From NCBI GenBank assembly GCA_963708675.1, contig CAVPTO010000003.1, positions 480,288-544,287 of the forward strand: a stretch of DNA of 64,000 nt, given 5' to 3'. The notes beneath the pieces were generated by a model. That model was not told the DNA's origin. It saw only the letters and a program-made list of their open reading frames with translations, and made no database searches. Below are positions 36,368 to 44,522 of this stretch, one piece after another. Made by a program: the position numbers and the translations under genes. How positions within the stretch are numbered: the stretch's first letter is position 1; the number at the start of each line of letters is the position of its first letter. Source of the stretch: an uncultured Planctomycetota bacterium. Its GTDB lineage: Bacteria; Planctomycetota; Planctomycetia; Pirellulales; PNKZ01.

Positions 36368-37689
36368 GCGGCGGCGACTCAACGACTTCCGAGAATCCTG
36401 CGACGTATGCCGTTCGTCGAGCGATGCAGGCGATGCGATTGGCCTGCGGCGACGTGCCGCATCTGTCGGGACTCGCGCATGCCGTGCGTGTGAAGGCCGA
36501 CGGTCGCGTGCCGGTGGCGGCGGTTTCGCAGTCGGGCTTGGTGCTCGTGAACCCTCAAGTGTTCGGCGAGTCGCCGCTCGGCGATCTGGCGTTCGTACTC
36601 GCACACGAGTTGTTGCATCTGGCGCTCGATACGCACGGACGCATGGGCAATTCGCCGCGGTTGCTCGCCAACTTCGCTCACGATTACATCATCAACGACA
36701 TTCTGACCGAAGAGATGGGGCGTCGCCCGCCGCTCAACGGGCTGTTTCACTCGGGCGCTCGCAAGAAATCGTTCGAACAGACCATGCTCGATCTCGCTGG
36801 CGACGGCGATCCGTCGAACCTGCGCTGCTGGGGATCGGGCGGCGCCAGCGGCGGCAACGTGCCACGTCGCGGACCGCCTCGATCGTCGCCGTCGCAAATG
36901 TCACGAGCCTTGTCCGACGCGGGGCTGCTGCCTCCCGACGAGACGTCGCCTTCCGAGATGCCGCAAGGCGATCTGATTCCGCCCGAAGAAGAGGACGCCT
37001 TCGAGCCCGACGTCTCGCCCGAGCAGCGTGCGCGCCGTCGCGAGATCGTTCGTAAGGCGGCCGTCAAAGCCGCGGCACTCGGCGCGTTCAAGAAGAAGCT
37101 CGGCCAGGCCGGACCATCGCAAGAGCCTGAACGCGGCGAGACGATGATGCGCGCCGTGCGCGAGGCGTATCACACACCGTGGGAGTTGGCGATGCAGCGA
37201 TGGTTCGACGCCGTCGCGCCCAGCGAGCGCACCTATTCACGGCCGTCACGACGCGGGGCCGATCGCCTCGACGTGGTGCTGCCGGGCCGACGCCGCGAAG
37301 GTTGGGTGCTGCACATCGTGCTCGACACCAGCGGCTCGATGGTCGATTACTTGCCGAAGGCGCTGGGCGCGATCGCCGGTTTCTGCGAATGCTCGAACGT
37401 CACGCAGGTTCATCTTCTGCAGTGCGACGTCGCCGTCACTCAAGACGATTGGATCGAGCCCGAGCAACTCGACGAGTACAAGATCGCCGGCTTCGGCTAC
37501 AGCGACATGTCTCCCGCTATGGTGCGTCTGGCCGAAGATCCCGAAGTGTCGTCGATCGTCGTGCTCACCGACGGCTACATCGACATGCCCGCGCAAGAAC
37601 CGCCGTATCAAACGCTGTGGGTGCTCTTAGGCGAAGTGCGCAGCGACTTCACCCCCGCCTACGGCCACGTCGTTCACATGCAGGTGTAA
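36364..37689 (+). CDS. HExxH putative metallopeptidase + vWA-like domain protein (DUF2201-type partner of MoxR ATPases)
   Basis: FVLAHELLHLALDTH places HELLH at 36604-36618. MIDAS-like HIVLDTSGSM at 37321-37341. IVVLTDGY near the C-terminus. Start ATG at 36364 within ORF 36304..37689. Confidence 0.8.
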   Translation: MSGGDSTTSENPATYAVRRAMQAMRLACGDVPHLSGLAHAVRVKADGRVPVAAVSQSGLVLVNPQVFGESPLGDLAFVLAHELLHLALDTHGRMGNSPRLLANFAHDYIINDILTEEMGRRPPLNGLFHSGARKKSFEQTMLDLAGDGDPSNLRCWGSGGASGGNVPRRGPPRSSPSQMSRALSDAGLLPPDETSPSEMPQGDLIPPEEEDAFEPDVSPEQRARRREIVRKAAVKAAALGAFKKKLGQAGPSQEPERGETMMRAVREAYHTPWELAMQRWFDAVAPSERTYSRPSRRGADRLDVVLPGRRREGWVLHIVLDTSGSMVDYLPKALGAIAGFCECSNVTQVHLLQCDVAVTQDDWIEPEQLDEYKIAGFGYSDMSPAMVRLAEDPEVSSIVVLTDGYIDMPAQEPPYQTLWVLLGEVRSDFTPAYGHVVHMQV

Positions 37690-38277
37690 CGTCACGAGCC
37701 CGCCGAGGTCGCTGCCGAGCGATCGAACGCCGTCGTGGTCGACGATCAACGGCTGTCGACGGTTGGTTCCCTTCACCGTGACGGGATTGGTGAAGAGGAT
37801 CGAATTCGGAATGAACACCGTCGATTCGCTCGTGTCGAGCACCGTGTAACGCAAGTTGATGTCGACGACCCTTCCCGACAGCGGCACCGTGGAAACGACC
37901 GTGATCGCGTCGCCTTGCCCAAACGGTCGCGAGAGAATCAACAAGATGCCCGACAACGCATTCGAGATGATGTCCTTGAGCGCGAAACCCGCTGCGAAGC
38001 CTGTCAACCCAAGCCCGGCGACGAGCGCCGTCACGTGAATATCGAGGTTGCCGAGTGCCGTCACCGCCCCGATCGCCAGCAGCGTCAGCTTCGCCGATCG
38101 TGCGAGTAGTATTGTCAACTCGATCGGCACGCGTCGCATGCGTGGCAATCGAATGATGATGCGATAGATCGCCGTCCCGGCAGCCCAAAACAGCGTGAAG
38201 ATCACGAGACTTACGAGAATCCGCGGCGCAAAAAGAACCGCCGTCTCGACAAACGCTTTGACCGTGCTTTCCCACAT
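37627..38277 (-). CDS. Small-conductance mechanosensitive channel (MscS family)
   Basis: TM helices followed by AGLGLTGFAAGFALKDIISNALSGILLILSRPFGQGDAITV...GRVVDINLRYTVL. The 3' end overlaps the convergent 36364..37689 gene by 63 nt. Confidence 0.8.
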   Translation of the reverse strand: MWESTVKAFVETAVLFAPRILVSLVIFTLFWAAGTAIYRIIIRLPRMRRVPIELTILLARSAKLTLLAIGAVTALGNLDIHVTALVAGLGLTGFAAGFALKDIISNALSGILLILSRPFGQGDAITVVSTVPLSGRVVDINLRYTVLDTSESTVFIPNSILFTNPVTVKGTNRRQPLIVDHDGVRSLGSDLGGLVTLHLHVNDVAVGGGEVAAHFA

Positions 38278-38386
38278 TCCATCGTCCTCCGCGCAAGTAG
38301 ATCAGTGCGCCTTAAACGTTGGCGGAGTGCAATAACAATGCCGACATCGCTCGCCGAATGGGGTGATTGCGGGGTCGCAACCTTCG

Positions 38387-40663
38387 CTATTCTTCGCATT
38401 CCGCCAGAATGCGGCTATAGGTCCGACGGGCAGTGTCGTAAGCGGCCGATGCGGCATCGCGCTCCGAGTCGCGAATCTTCCCTTGCTTCGAGTTCCAGCA
38501 GACGTCGACCGCATCGAGACACCACTGCGCGCTCCGTTTGTCGGCGCGAATCGGCTTGCCATCGACTTCAACGAACACCGGGTTCGTATGGGCACACATC
38601 GGAATGCGAACCGCCACCCACGACGACCTCATCGGGATGTAATCGAATGCGAGGTCTGTCACACGGCCATCGGCCTCGACGATTATCTTCTCGACCGCAA
38701 CGCCGTTGACGACAAGTTCCACCGGAACCTTGCGCGAGTCGCCGATGCGTGCGCGTTCGACGCTCCAATAAGGTTTCTCATCGAGTGGCGTCTTGCGGAT
38801 TTCGCCGTTCAAGGTTTCGTCGAGCATCGCCGCGACCTTCAACTTCACCCGCAAAGGATCGCCACGCTCGATCGACAATACGCTCGCACGACCATCCTTT
38901 CCCGGCTCGCCGAGGCGCAGGTCGTTGACGCTCATGTCCAACAAGTGTCCACGGCCTTCGGTGACATACGATCGACCGTCGCGAATACCGTCGGCCCAAG
39001 CGTCGTAGTCGAGCGTTTTGCCGAGATGCACGTAACTGCGCCCGAGGCCCACGCGTTCGCCGTAAATGCACGGGAAGTCGGTCTCGCCGCTGATGCGCGT
39101 CGTCATGCCGCAATTGAGCGTGTGATACCAGACGTTCAGTTCCCACGCAGCCGGCGTGTCGACCGTCGAAATGAAATCGACCGCGCCGTGTACCACATCG
39201 ACGATGTACTCGTTGGCGCCGATGCCGTCGAACTTCGGCATCTCGAAATTGAACAGCGTCATGTCCTTCGTTTGCATGCCCCATCCGCTGTGGGCAAAGC
39301 CGACAACCGCCCCCTGCTTCTTCGCCCACGCGAGCACCGGCAGATCCCAACTCGGCCATTCATCGATGGTCTTCGTGTTCGGATAGTCATCCTCTTTCAA
39401 CCGCAACAGACAGAGATGCCCGGCGTGCGAGCTGGGAAAGCCCGACACTTCGACGTCGTAACGCATCAAGTGCGCCGGCGTCGAGAGCTCGCTGATTTGG
39501 CCTTCGAAGAATTGCTTCTGGTGGTACCAGCACGGCCCCCACGAAAGGACGCAACCGACGTCAAGGTCTTCGCCGCGGATGTGCCGCATCATGTCGGCCG
39601 GCTGCACGCCTTCGGTCGGCGACTCGTAGTGCTTGCAACCCGCCGCGTGCACGTGATGATCGCCCGAGTACCAGCCGTGCTCAGCCAGGTTGATCCACCG
39701 CTTCAGTCGCAACGGGATCGGCTTCGTGCTGTTCGCGTCCACAATGAACTCGCGTTTCTGCTCGAGGTACTCGGGCCCACGCGTGTACGTCACGGTGAAC
39801 TTGCCGGCTGGCAGCAGCACCGACTCGCCACTGGCTCGGTAGATTTGATCGTGAAAAAAGAAGTCGGGCGACAACCGTCGTGATCTCGCAGGATAGACGC
39901 GGCCTAAATCATCGCGGATGACCAGCGACGCGACGGTCGGCTTGCCATCATCATCGATAATGTCGAAGGTTATCGGAACCGCGGGCAATGCGTCGAACAA
40001 CATATTGATCTCGCTGCGGAAGCCGAGGTCTTGCGTCCCCTGCCCTACGTCGAACGTCAGCTTCGCTTCGCGCTTGCCGGCGTCGCGGCTGTACAACTCG
40101 ACGATGCAATACTCGACTGATAACCCCGACAGACGGTTTGTCATCGGCTGCGCCTCGAACAGCGCGAGTTCCATCCAACGATTCTCGAGCTCGATCGAAG
40201 AGATCGGCGGCTTCGGACTCGCGGCGGACGTCGATTTCCGCAGCATCGGCGACGCGTTCGGACTCGTCACCCGCAGCGGAGGCGTGATGCCGGCCTCGTT
40301 GTGCACTTTCACCAGAAACGCCCGCCAGCCCTGCTGCACCAGTTCCGGCTTCGAGGGCCCGGCAACGGCGCTGACGCGGCTCTCGGCATTGATCGTCACC
40401 ATGACGAGCACCAGCGGATCGAGCACAGCTTGGATGCGCTCGACGCGATGCCGCGGATCATTCTCGCCGATGGCGAGATCGAGGGCCTTGCTCACCTCGG
40501 GCGTGAGCGGTGCGCCGGCGAGTTCGAGCGCTTGCGCGACGCGCTTTGCCTGAGCTGCTAACGGCTGCGCCTCGACATCGATAATGACCGGAAGCGTTTC
40601 GCCACGTGCCACCCCCGCGGCTGCAAGCAGAAGAGTGACGACGATGGCACGCGCGATAGTCAT
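38387..40663 (-). CDS. Secreted large hydrolase with PHP/CehA-like metal-binding motif
   Basis: Signal peptide MTIARAIVVTLLLAAAGVARG. GWYSGDHHVHAAGCKHYESP and later FAHSGWG suggest a PHP-type His cluster. The family call is tentative. Confidence 0.5.
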   Translation of the reverse strand: MTIARAIVVTLLLAAAGVARGETLPVIIDVEAQPLAAQAKRVAQALELAGAPLTPEVSKALDLAIGENDPRHRVERIQAVLDPLVLVMVTINAESRVSAVAGPSKPELVQQGWRAFLVKVHNEAGITPPLRVTSPNASPMLRKSTSAASPKPPISSIELENRWMELALFEAQPMTNRLSGLSVEYCIVELYSRDAGKREAKLTFDVGQGTQDLGFRSEINMLFDALPAVPITFDIIDDDGKPTVASLVIRDDLGRVYPARSRRLSPDFFFHDQIYRASGESVLLPAGKFTVTYTRGPEYLEQKREFIVDANSTKPIPLRLKRWINLAEHGWYSGDHHVHAAGCKHYESPTEGVQPADMMRHIRGEDLDVGCVLSWGPCWYHQKQFFEGQISELSTPAHLMRYDVEVSGFPSSHAGHLCLLRLKEDDYPNTKTIDEWPSWDLPVLAWAKKQGAVVGFAHSGWGMQTKDMTLFNFEMPKFDGIGANEYIVDVVHGAVDFISTVDTPAAWELNVWYHTLNCGMTTRISGETDFPCIYGERVGLGRSYVHLGKTLDYDAWADGIRDGRSYVTEGRGHLLDMSVNDLRLGEPGKDGRASVLSIERGDPLRVKLKVAAMLDETLNGEIRKTPLDEKPYWSVERARIGDSRKVPVELVVNGVAVEKIIVEADGRVTDLAFDYIPMRSSWVAVRIPMCAHTNPVFVEVDGKPIRADKRSAQWCLDAVDVCWNSKQGKIRDSERDAASAAYDTARRTYSRILAECEE

Positions 40664-40675
40664 GATCGGTCGCGA

Positions 40676-41728
40676 TCAGTCGATGGGAACTTTGACGCCG
40701 AGCTTCTTCGCGAGGTCGGTCAACTGTTTCCAGTTGCCGTCGTCCAGCGGAATGCCAGTCGACGATCGCGCCGCGAGCACACGTCGCTCGGGATCGCCTG
40801 GCAGCAAGATTTCGTCGCAGCCTTCAATGCGTGGACAACTTCGCATGAACTCGACGAGCTGTTCGACCTCGGCCTTGAAGTGTGCCGCGCCGCCGACATG
40901 ACCGGGATCGATGACGAGCATGAACGCGCAGTTGCCGTTTTGATTGATCGGCTTCTCGCGAATGGTGACGCCGCCCGAGAGTGCGCCGGTGAGAATCTCA
41001 ACCATCAAGCCAAGGCCAAAACCTTTGTAGGCTTGGGTGCCGCCCATCGGCAGAATCGAGCCGGGTGGAGTGCCATATAGAGTATTGGGATCGTTGGTCG
41101 GCTTGCCTTCGCTGTCGAGCAACCAACCGTCGGGGCACAACTGCCCGGCGATTTTCTTCACACGCACTTTGCCCTCGGCCGTCGCGCTGGTGCCGAAGTC
41201 GAGCACGAGCGGCCCGTCCTCGGTCGGCGAACCGATGGCGAGCGGATTGGTCCCCAAGCGCGGCGCCTTGCCACCGGGCGGCGCCACACGCCGCGCGTGG
41301 CCGTGCGTGTTCACCATCACCATCGAAACGAGGCCATCGCCCGCCGCCATCTCGCAATACTCGCCGAGTCGGCCGATGTGCCCGGCGCGAATCAGCGTTC
41401 CGAGCGCGAGCCCCGTCTCGCGAGCTTTGCCCATCAGTCGCCACATCAATCGCTGCGCCTGCGTTTGGCCGAAGCCCCAATGGCCGTCGGCGGCGACGAT
41501 CGCCGACGTGTCTTTGAGCGTCGTGAACTCGGCGCCGGGAACGATCTCTTTCTTCGCAACCTGGTCGAGGTAGTACGGAATCCGCATCACGCCGTGCGAG
41601 TCGTGGCCTCGCAGGTTGGCGTCGACGAGACTTTTGCCGACCAGTTCGGCCTCATCCGCCGCCAGGCCTCCGCCCATCAAAAGTTGTGTGGCAAAGCGCG
41701 TCAGCGAAGCGGCAGCGATCGAAGGCAT
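40676..41728 (-). CDS. Ldh_2 family (malate/L-lactate/sulfolactate dehydrogenase-like) oxidoreductase
   Basis: LRGHDSHGVMRIPYYLDQV, GHIGRLGEYCEMAA, NPLAIGSP. Stops 12 nt before the start of the 38387..40663 gene. Confidence 0.8.
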   Translation of the reverse strand: MPSIAAASLTRFATQLLMGGGLAADEAELVGKSLVDANLRGHDSHGVMRIPYYLDQVAKKEIVPGAEFTTLKDTSAIVAADGHWGFGQTQAQRLMWRLMGKARETGLALGTLIRAGHIGRLGEYCEMAAGDGLVSMVMVNTHGHARRVAPPGGKAPRLGTNPLAIGSPTEDGPLVLDFGTSATAEGKVRVKKIAGQLCPDGWLLDSEGKPTNDPNTLYGTPPGSILPMGGTQAYKGFGLGLMVEILTGALSGGVTIREKPINQNGNCAFMLVIDPGHVGGAAHFKAEVEQLVEFMRSCPRIEGCDEILLPGDPERRVLAARSSTGIPLDDGNWKQLTDLAKKLGVKVPID

Positions 41729-41808
41729 GCGTGGATTTCTCGGTGAGTGACACAGTGGAGGTACGGATTGCTTATAGGTGTCGAGGCGTGTGAATTCAAG
41801 ATGCTTAC

Positions 41809-41937
41809 AACCCCTCTCCCTTTGGGAGAGGCTGGCGGCCCAGCCACCGGGTGAGGTCGGGTTGCATTTGAAAGCGCGCTCAACTTCAACCCGCCCTCAT
41901 CCGGCCTTCGGCCACCTTCTCCCGAAGGGAGAAGGCT
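41809..41937 (+). repeat. ~130 bp multi-hairpin intergenic element, copy C
   Basis: Same module order as copy A. The third small hairpin reads GGCC-ttc-GGCC instead of GCCGC-ttc-GCGGC, so pairing is kept. It lies 22 nt downstream of the trmL stop. Confidence 0.85.
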
Positions 41938-41958
41938 TTGAATGGCAGTCGGCGATCG

Positions 41959-42429
41959 TCACGCGAGACCGCCGAACTGCCGCAGCGCTTCATATCCGGC
42001 GATCGCCACGGTGTTCGACAGGTTCAGGCTACGCACGTCGGAGCGTATCGGCACGCGCAAGCAGCGATCGGGCGAGGCAGCCAACATCGACGGCGGCAGG
42101 CCATTCGACTCGCTGCCGAACACCAGCACATCGCCGCGTTGAAAGGCGACATCGGTGTAAAGTCGCTTGGCCGTCTTCGTGAAGAAGTAAGGCTGGGCGT
42201 CGCCGAACTTCGCGACCAACGCCGCCCAATCGTCGACCGCTTCCCACTCGAGATGCTGCCAATAATCGAGCCCCGCGCGACGCAAATAGTAATCGTCAAT
42301 GCGAAACCCCAGAGGCCGGACAAGCCACAACTTCGCCCCCAGTGCGACGCAAGTGCGGCCGACGCTTCCCGTGTTGTGCGGGATTTCCGGCTGGTGCAGG
42401 ACAATGTGCAGAATCGGATCGTAGGACAT
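41959..42429 (-). CDS. trmL: tRNA (cytidine/uridine-2'-O-)-methyltransferase TrmL (SpoU family)
   Basis: LHIVLHQPEIPHNTGSVGRTCVALGAKLWLVRPLGF...VLVFGSESNGLP...VRSLNLSNTVAIAGYEALRQ. Confidence 0.85.
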   Translation of the reverse strand: MSYDPILHIVLHQPEIPHNTGSVGRTCVALGAKLWLVRPLGFRIDDYYLRRAGLDYWQHLEWEAVDDWAALVAKFGDAQPYFFTKTAKRLYTDVAFQRGDVLVFGSESNGLPPSMLAASPDRCLRVPIRSDVRSLNLSNTVAIAGYEALRQFGGLA

Positions 42430-42480
42430 GGGTGCCGGACTTGAGGGCCCGTGCTATGCTTTGGAAACGTCAAACTCGCG

Positions 42481-43047
42481 ATGCTTCACGATATGAAAAA
42501 CTCGCCCGACCTGAAACCGCTTGTCCGCCAATTCATCGACTCGGACGAGCGCGTGCTCATGCTCCCCTTCGACGGCCAAAAGGAGGACGTGAGCGCCCAT
42601 TGGCATCACTTCCTGCGGTCGACGCCGTGGCAGTTGACGAAGAAGTCGCTTGTGACTCTCGCGACGCGTTACCTTCCGTCGGGCCCCTTGAAGAACCGGC
42701 TGCTGCGATCGATCGGCGTAAAGGTTGGCAAGAACGTATTCATCGCGTCAATGGTGCAGCTCGACATTCAATATCCCGAGCTGATCACGATCGAAGACGG
42801 CGCGATCCTCGGCATGTACTCACACGTTTCGACGCACGAAGTGACGCACAGTCACATTCGGCTCGGCAAGGTGCGGATCGGCAAGAACGCGCTCATCGGA
42901 GCCCAGGCCACGGTGCGGTCCGGCGTCAACGTCGGCGACGAGGCCGTCGTCGCCATGCGAGCCTTCGTTACGCACGACGTCGCCCCCGGCACGCTCGTCA
43001 CCGGCGTGCCCGACCGCAAGGTCGTCGAGCTGGAAACCGCGCTGTAA
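42481..43047 (+). CDS. Left-handed beta-helix (hexapeptide-repeat) acyltransferase-like protein
   Basis: IGVKVGKNVFIAS..ITIEDGAILGMYSHV..VRIGKNALIGAQATVRSGVNVGDEAVVAMRAFV. ATG at 42481, with an upstream GTG at 42451 possible. Confidence 0.65.
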   Translation: MLHDMKNSPDLKPLVRQFIDSDERVLMLPFDGQKEDVSAHWHHFLRSTPWQLTKKSLVTLATRYLPSGPLKNRLLRSIGVKVGKNVFIASMVQLDIQYPELITIEDGAILGMYSHVSTHEVTHSHIRLGKVRIGKNALIGAQATVRSGVNVGDEAVVAMRAFVTHDVAPGTLVTGVPDRKVVELETAL

Positions 43048-43089
43048 TCGGAACGGTTACGATTCCGAGACATGAATGACGTGAATCGC

Positions 43090-43106
43090 CCGCTTGCGGT
43101 TTCGCG
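43090..43106 (-). repeat. 17-mer motif, copy 4 (CCGCTTGCGGTTTCGCG on + strand)
   Basis: Exact reverse complement of the 17-mer, about 40 nt after the stop at 43047. Confidence 0.7.
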
Positions 43107-43258
43107 CTTATCCGTCTCGACACACAATGAGCGCTCCGCTGGCGCGTCGCGGCTAACCAAAAATGCCGCGAGATGCACCATACGTGGCGTCTTTCGTTTT
43201 CCTCGACGTGTCCGTACCATAGCGGGCAACACTGCACGACCTTCGTGAGTTCGCCACC

Positions 43259-44377
43259 ATGCACGACGCCCGTCATACGAAGTACGAATCCGCGCTGCGT
43301 TTCGCGGCCAAGCAAGTCGAGTCGCTCGTCGAGAAGTCGCCTGACTTCTTTCCGATCTACACCGAGAAAGGCAAGTGGCGACACAGCGGCGAACTGTGGA
43401 CCGATTGGACCGGTGGTTTTCTCGTCGGCATGATGTGGAAGTTTTATCGTCGCTGGAATGAGCCGAAATGGCGCGAGCGGGCGGAGCACTACAGCCAACT
43501 GCTCGAACATCGCAAGAGCGACCGAGACGTTCACGACCTGGGGTTCATCTTTTTGAACTCGTATTTGCCGTGGTACTACATCACCGGCGATCGTTCGAAG
43601 CATGATGTGCTGGTCGAGGCGGGCCGCACGCTGGCCAAGCGGTTCATGGCGAAGGGTCAGTATCTGCGTTCGTTCGTCGCGCCCGAGTCGCTGTTCGTCG
43701 ACATCATGATGAACGTGCCGCTGATTCTTTGGACGGCGAACGAGACGAACGACCATCATCTCAAGGAAGTCGGTCTGGCCCATTGCCGCACGTCGCGCGA
43801 TCGTTTGATGCGGCCCGATGGTTCGATGGCGCACGAGGCGATCTTCGACCTGGAGACTGGCGAGTTTCTGAAACAGACGACGCATCAGGGATTGTCTTCC
43901 GACAGCGCGTGGGCACGCGGGTTGGCGTGGTCGCTATACGGGTTCAGCCAGGTTTACGCGCTCACGGGCGAGAAAGAGTTTCTCGACGTCGCCGAGTGCA
44001 ATGCCGACTACTGGGTCTCGCACTTGCCGAAGGACCATGTTCCGTACTGGGACTTTGACGCCGACCTGAAAGCGCCGCTGCCTTGGGGGCCGCAAAAGGA
44101 CACGTCGGCCGGCGCGATTGCAGCCAGCGCGCTGCTGGACCTCGAGTTGCAGACGAAAGAAGAAGGCCGCGCCGTGGTTTATCGCACGACGGCCGAGGCG
44201 ATGCTCGACGCACTCAGTTCGCCGGAGTATTTGGCCAGCGAGACGCCCGGGTGGGAAGGGACGCTCAAGCACGGCGTCTATCACACGGCGAAGAATCTGG
44301 GCGTCGACGAGTCGGTGATGTGGGGCGAGTTTTTCTTCGTCGAGGCGCTGGATAAAGCGCTCGGGAAAATATCGTGA
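43259..44377 (+). CDS. Glycoside hydrolase family 88-like (unsaturated glucuronyl hydrolase)
   Basis: 372 aa with WTDWTGGFLVGMMWKFY, DVHDLGFIFLNSY, WARGLAWSLYGFSQVY and MWGEFFFVEAL, an (alpha/alpha)6 GH88-like motif pattern. Confidence 0.75.
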   Translation: MHDARHTKYESALRFAAKQVESLVEKSPDFFPIYTEKGKWRHSGELWTDWTGGFLVGMMWKFYRRWNEPKWRERAEHYSQLLEHRKSDRDVHDLGFIFLNSYLPWYYITGDRSKHDVLVEAGRTLAKRFMAKGQYLRSFVAPESLFVDIMMNVPLILWTANETNDHHLKEVGLAHCRTSRDRLMRPDGSMAHEAIFDLETGEFLKQTTHQGLSSDSAWARGLAWSLYGFSQVYALTGEKEFLDVAECNADYWVSHLPKDHVPYWDFDADLKAPLPWGPQKDTSAGAIAASALLDLELQTKEEGRAVVYRTTAEAMLDALSSPEYLASETPGWEGTLKHGVYHTAKNLGVDESVMWGEFFFVEALDKALGKIS

Positions 44378-44390
44378 TGATGTGATTCGA

Positions 44391-44522
44391 ATCCTTCTCC
44401 CTCCGGGAGAAGGTGCCGCGAAGCGGCGGATGAGGGCGGGTTGAAATAGTAACCGCCTTCTAATGCAACCCGCCCTCACCCGGCGGCTGCGCCGCCACCC
44501 TCTCCCAAAGGGAGAGGGGTTA
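44391..44522 (-). repeat. ~130 bp multi-hairpin intergenic element, copy D (inverted)
   Basis: Reverse complement of the copy A module order. It fills the gap between the convergent stops at 44377 (+) and 44520 (-). Confidence 0.85.
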
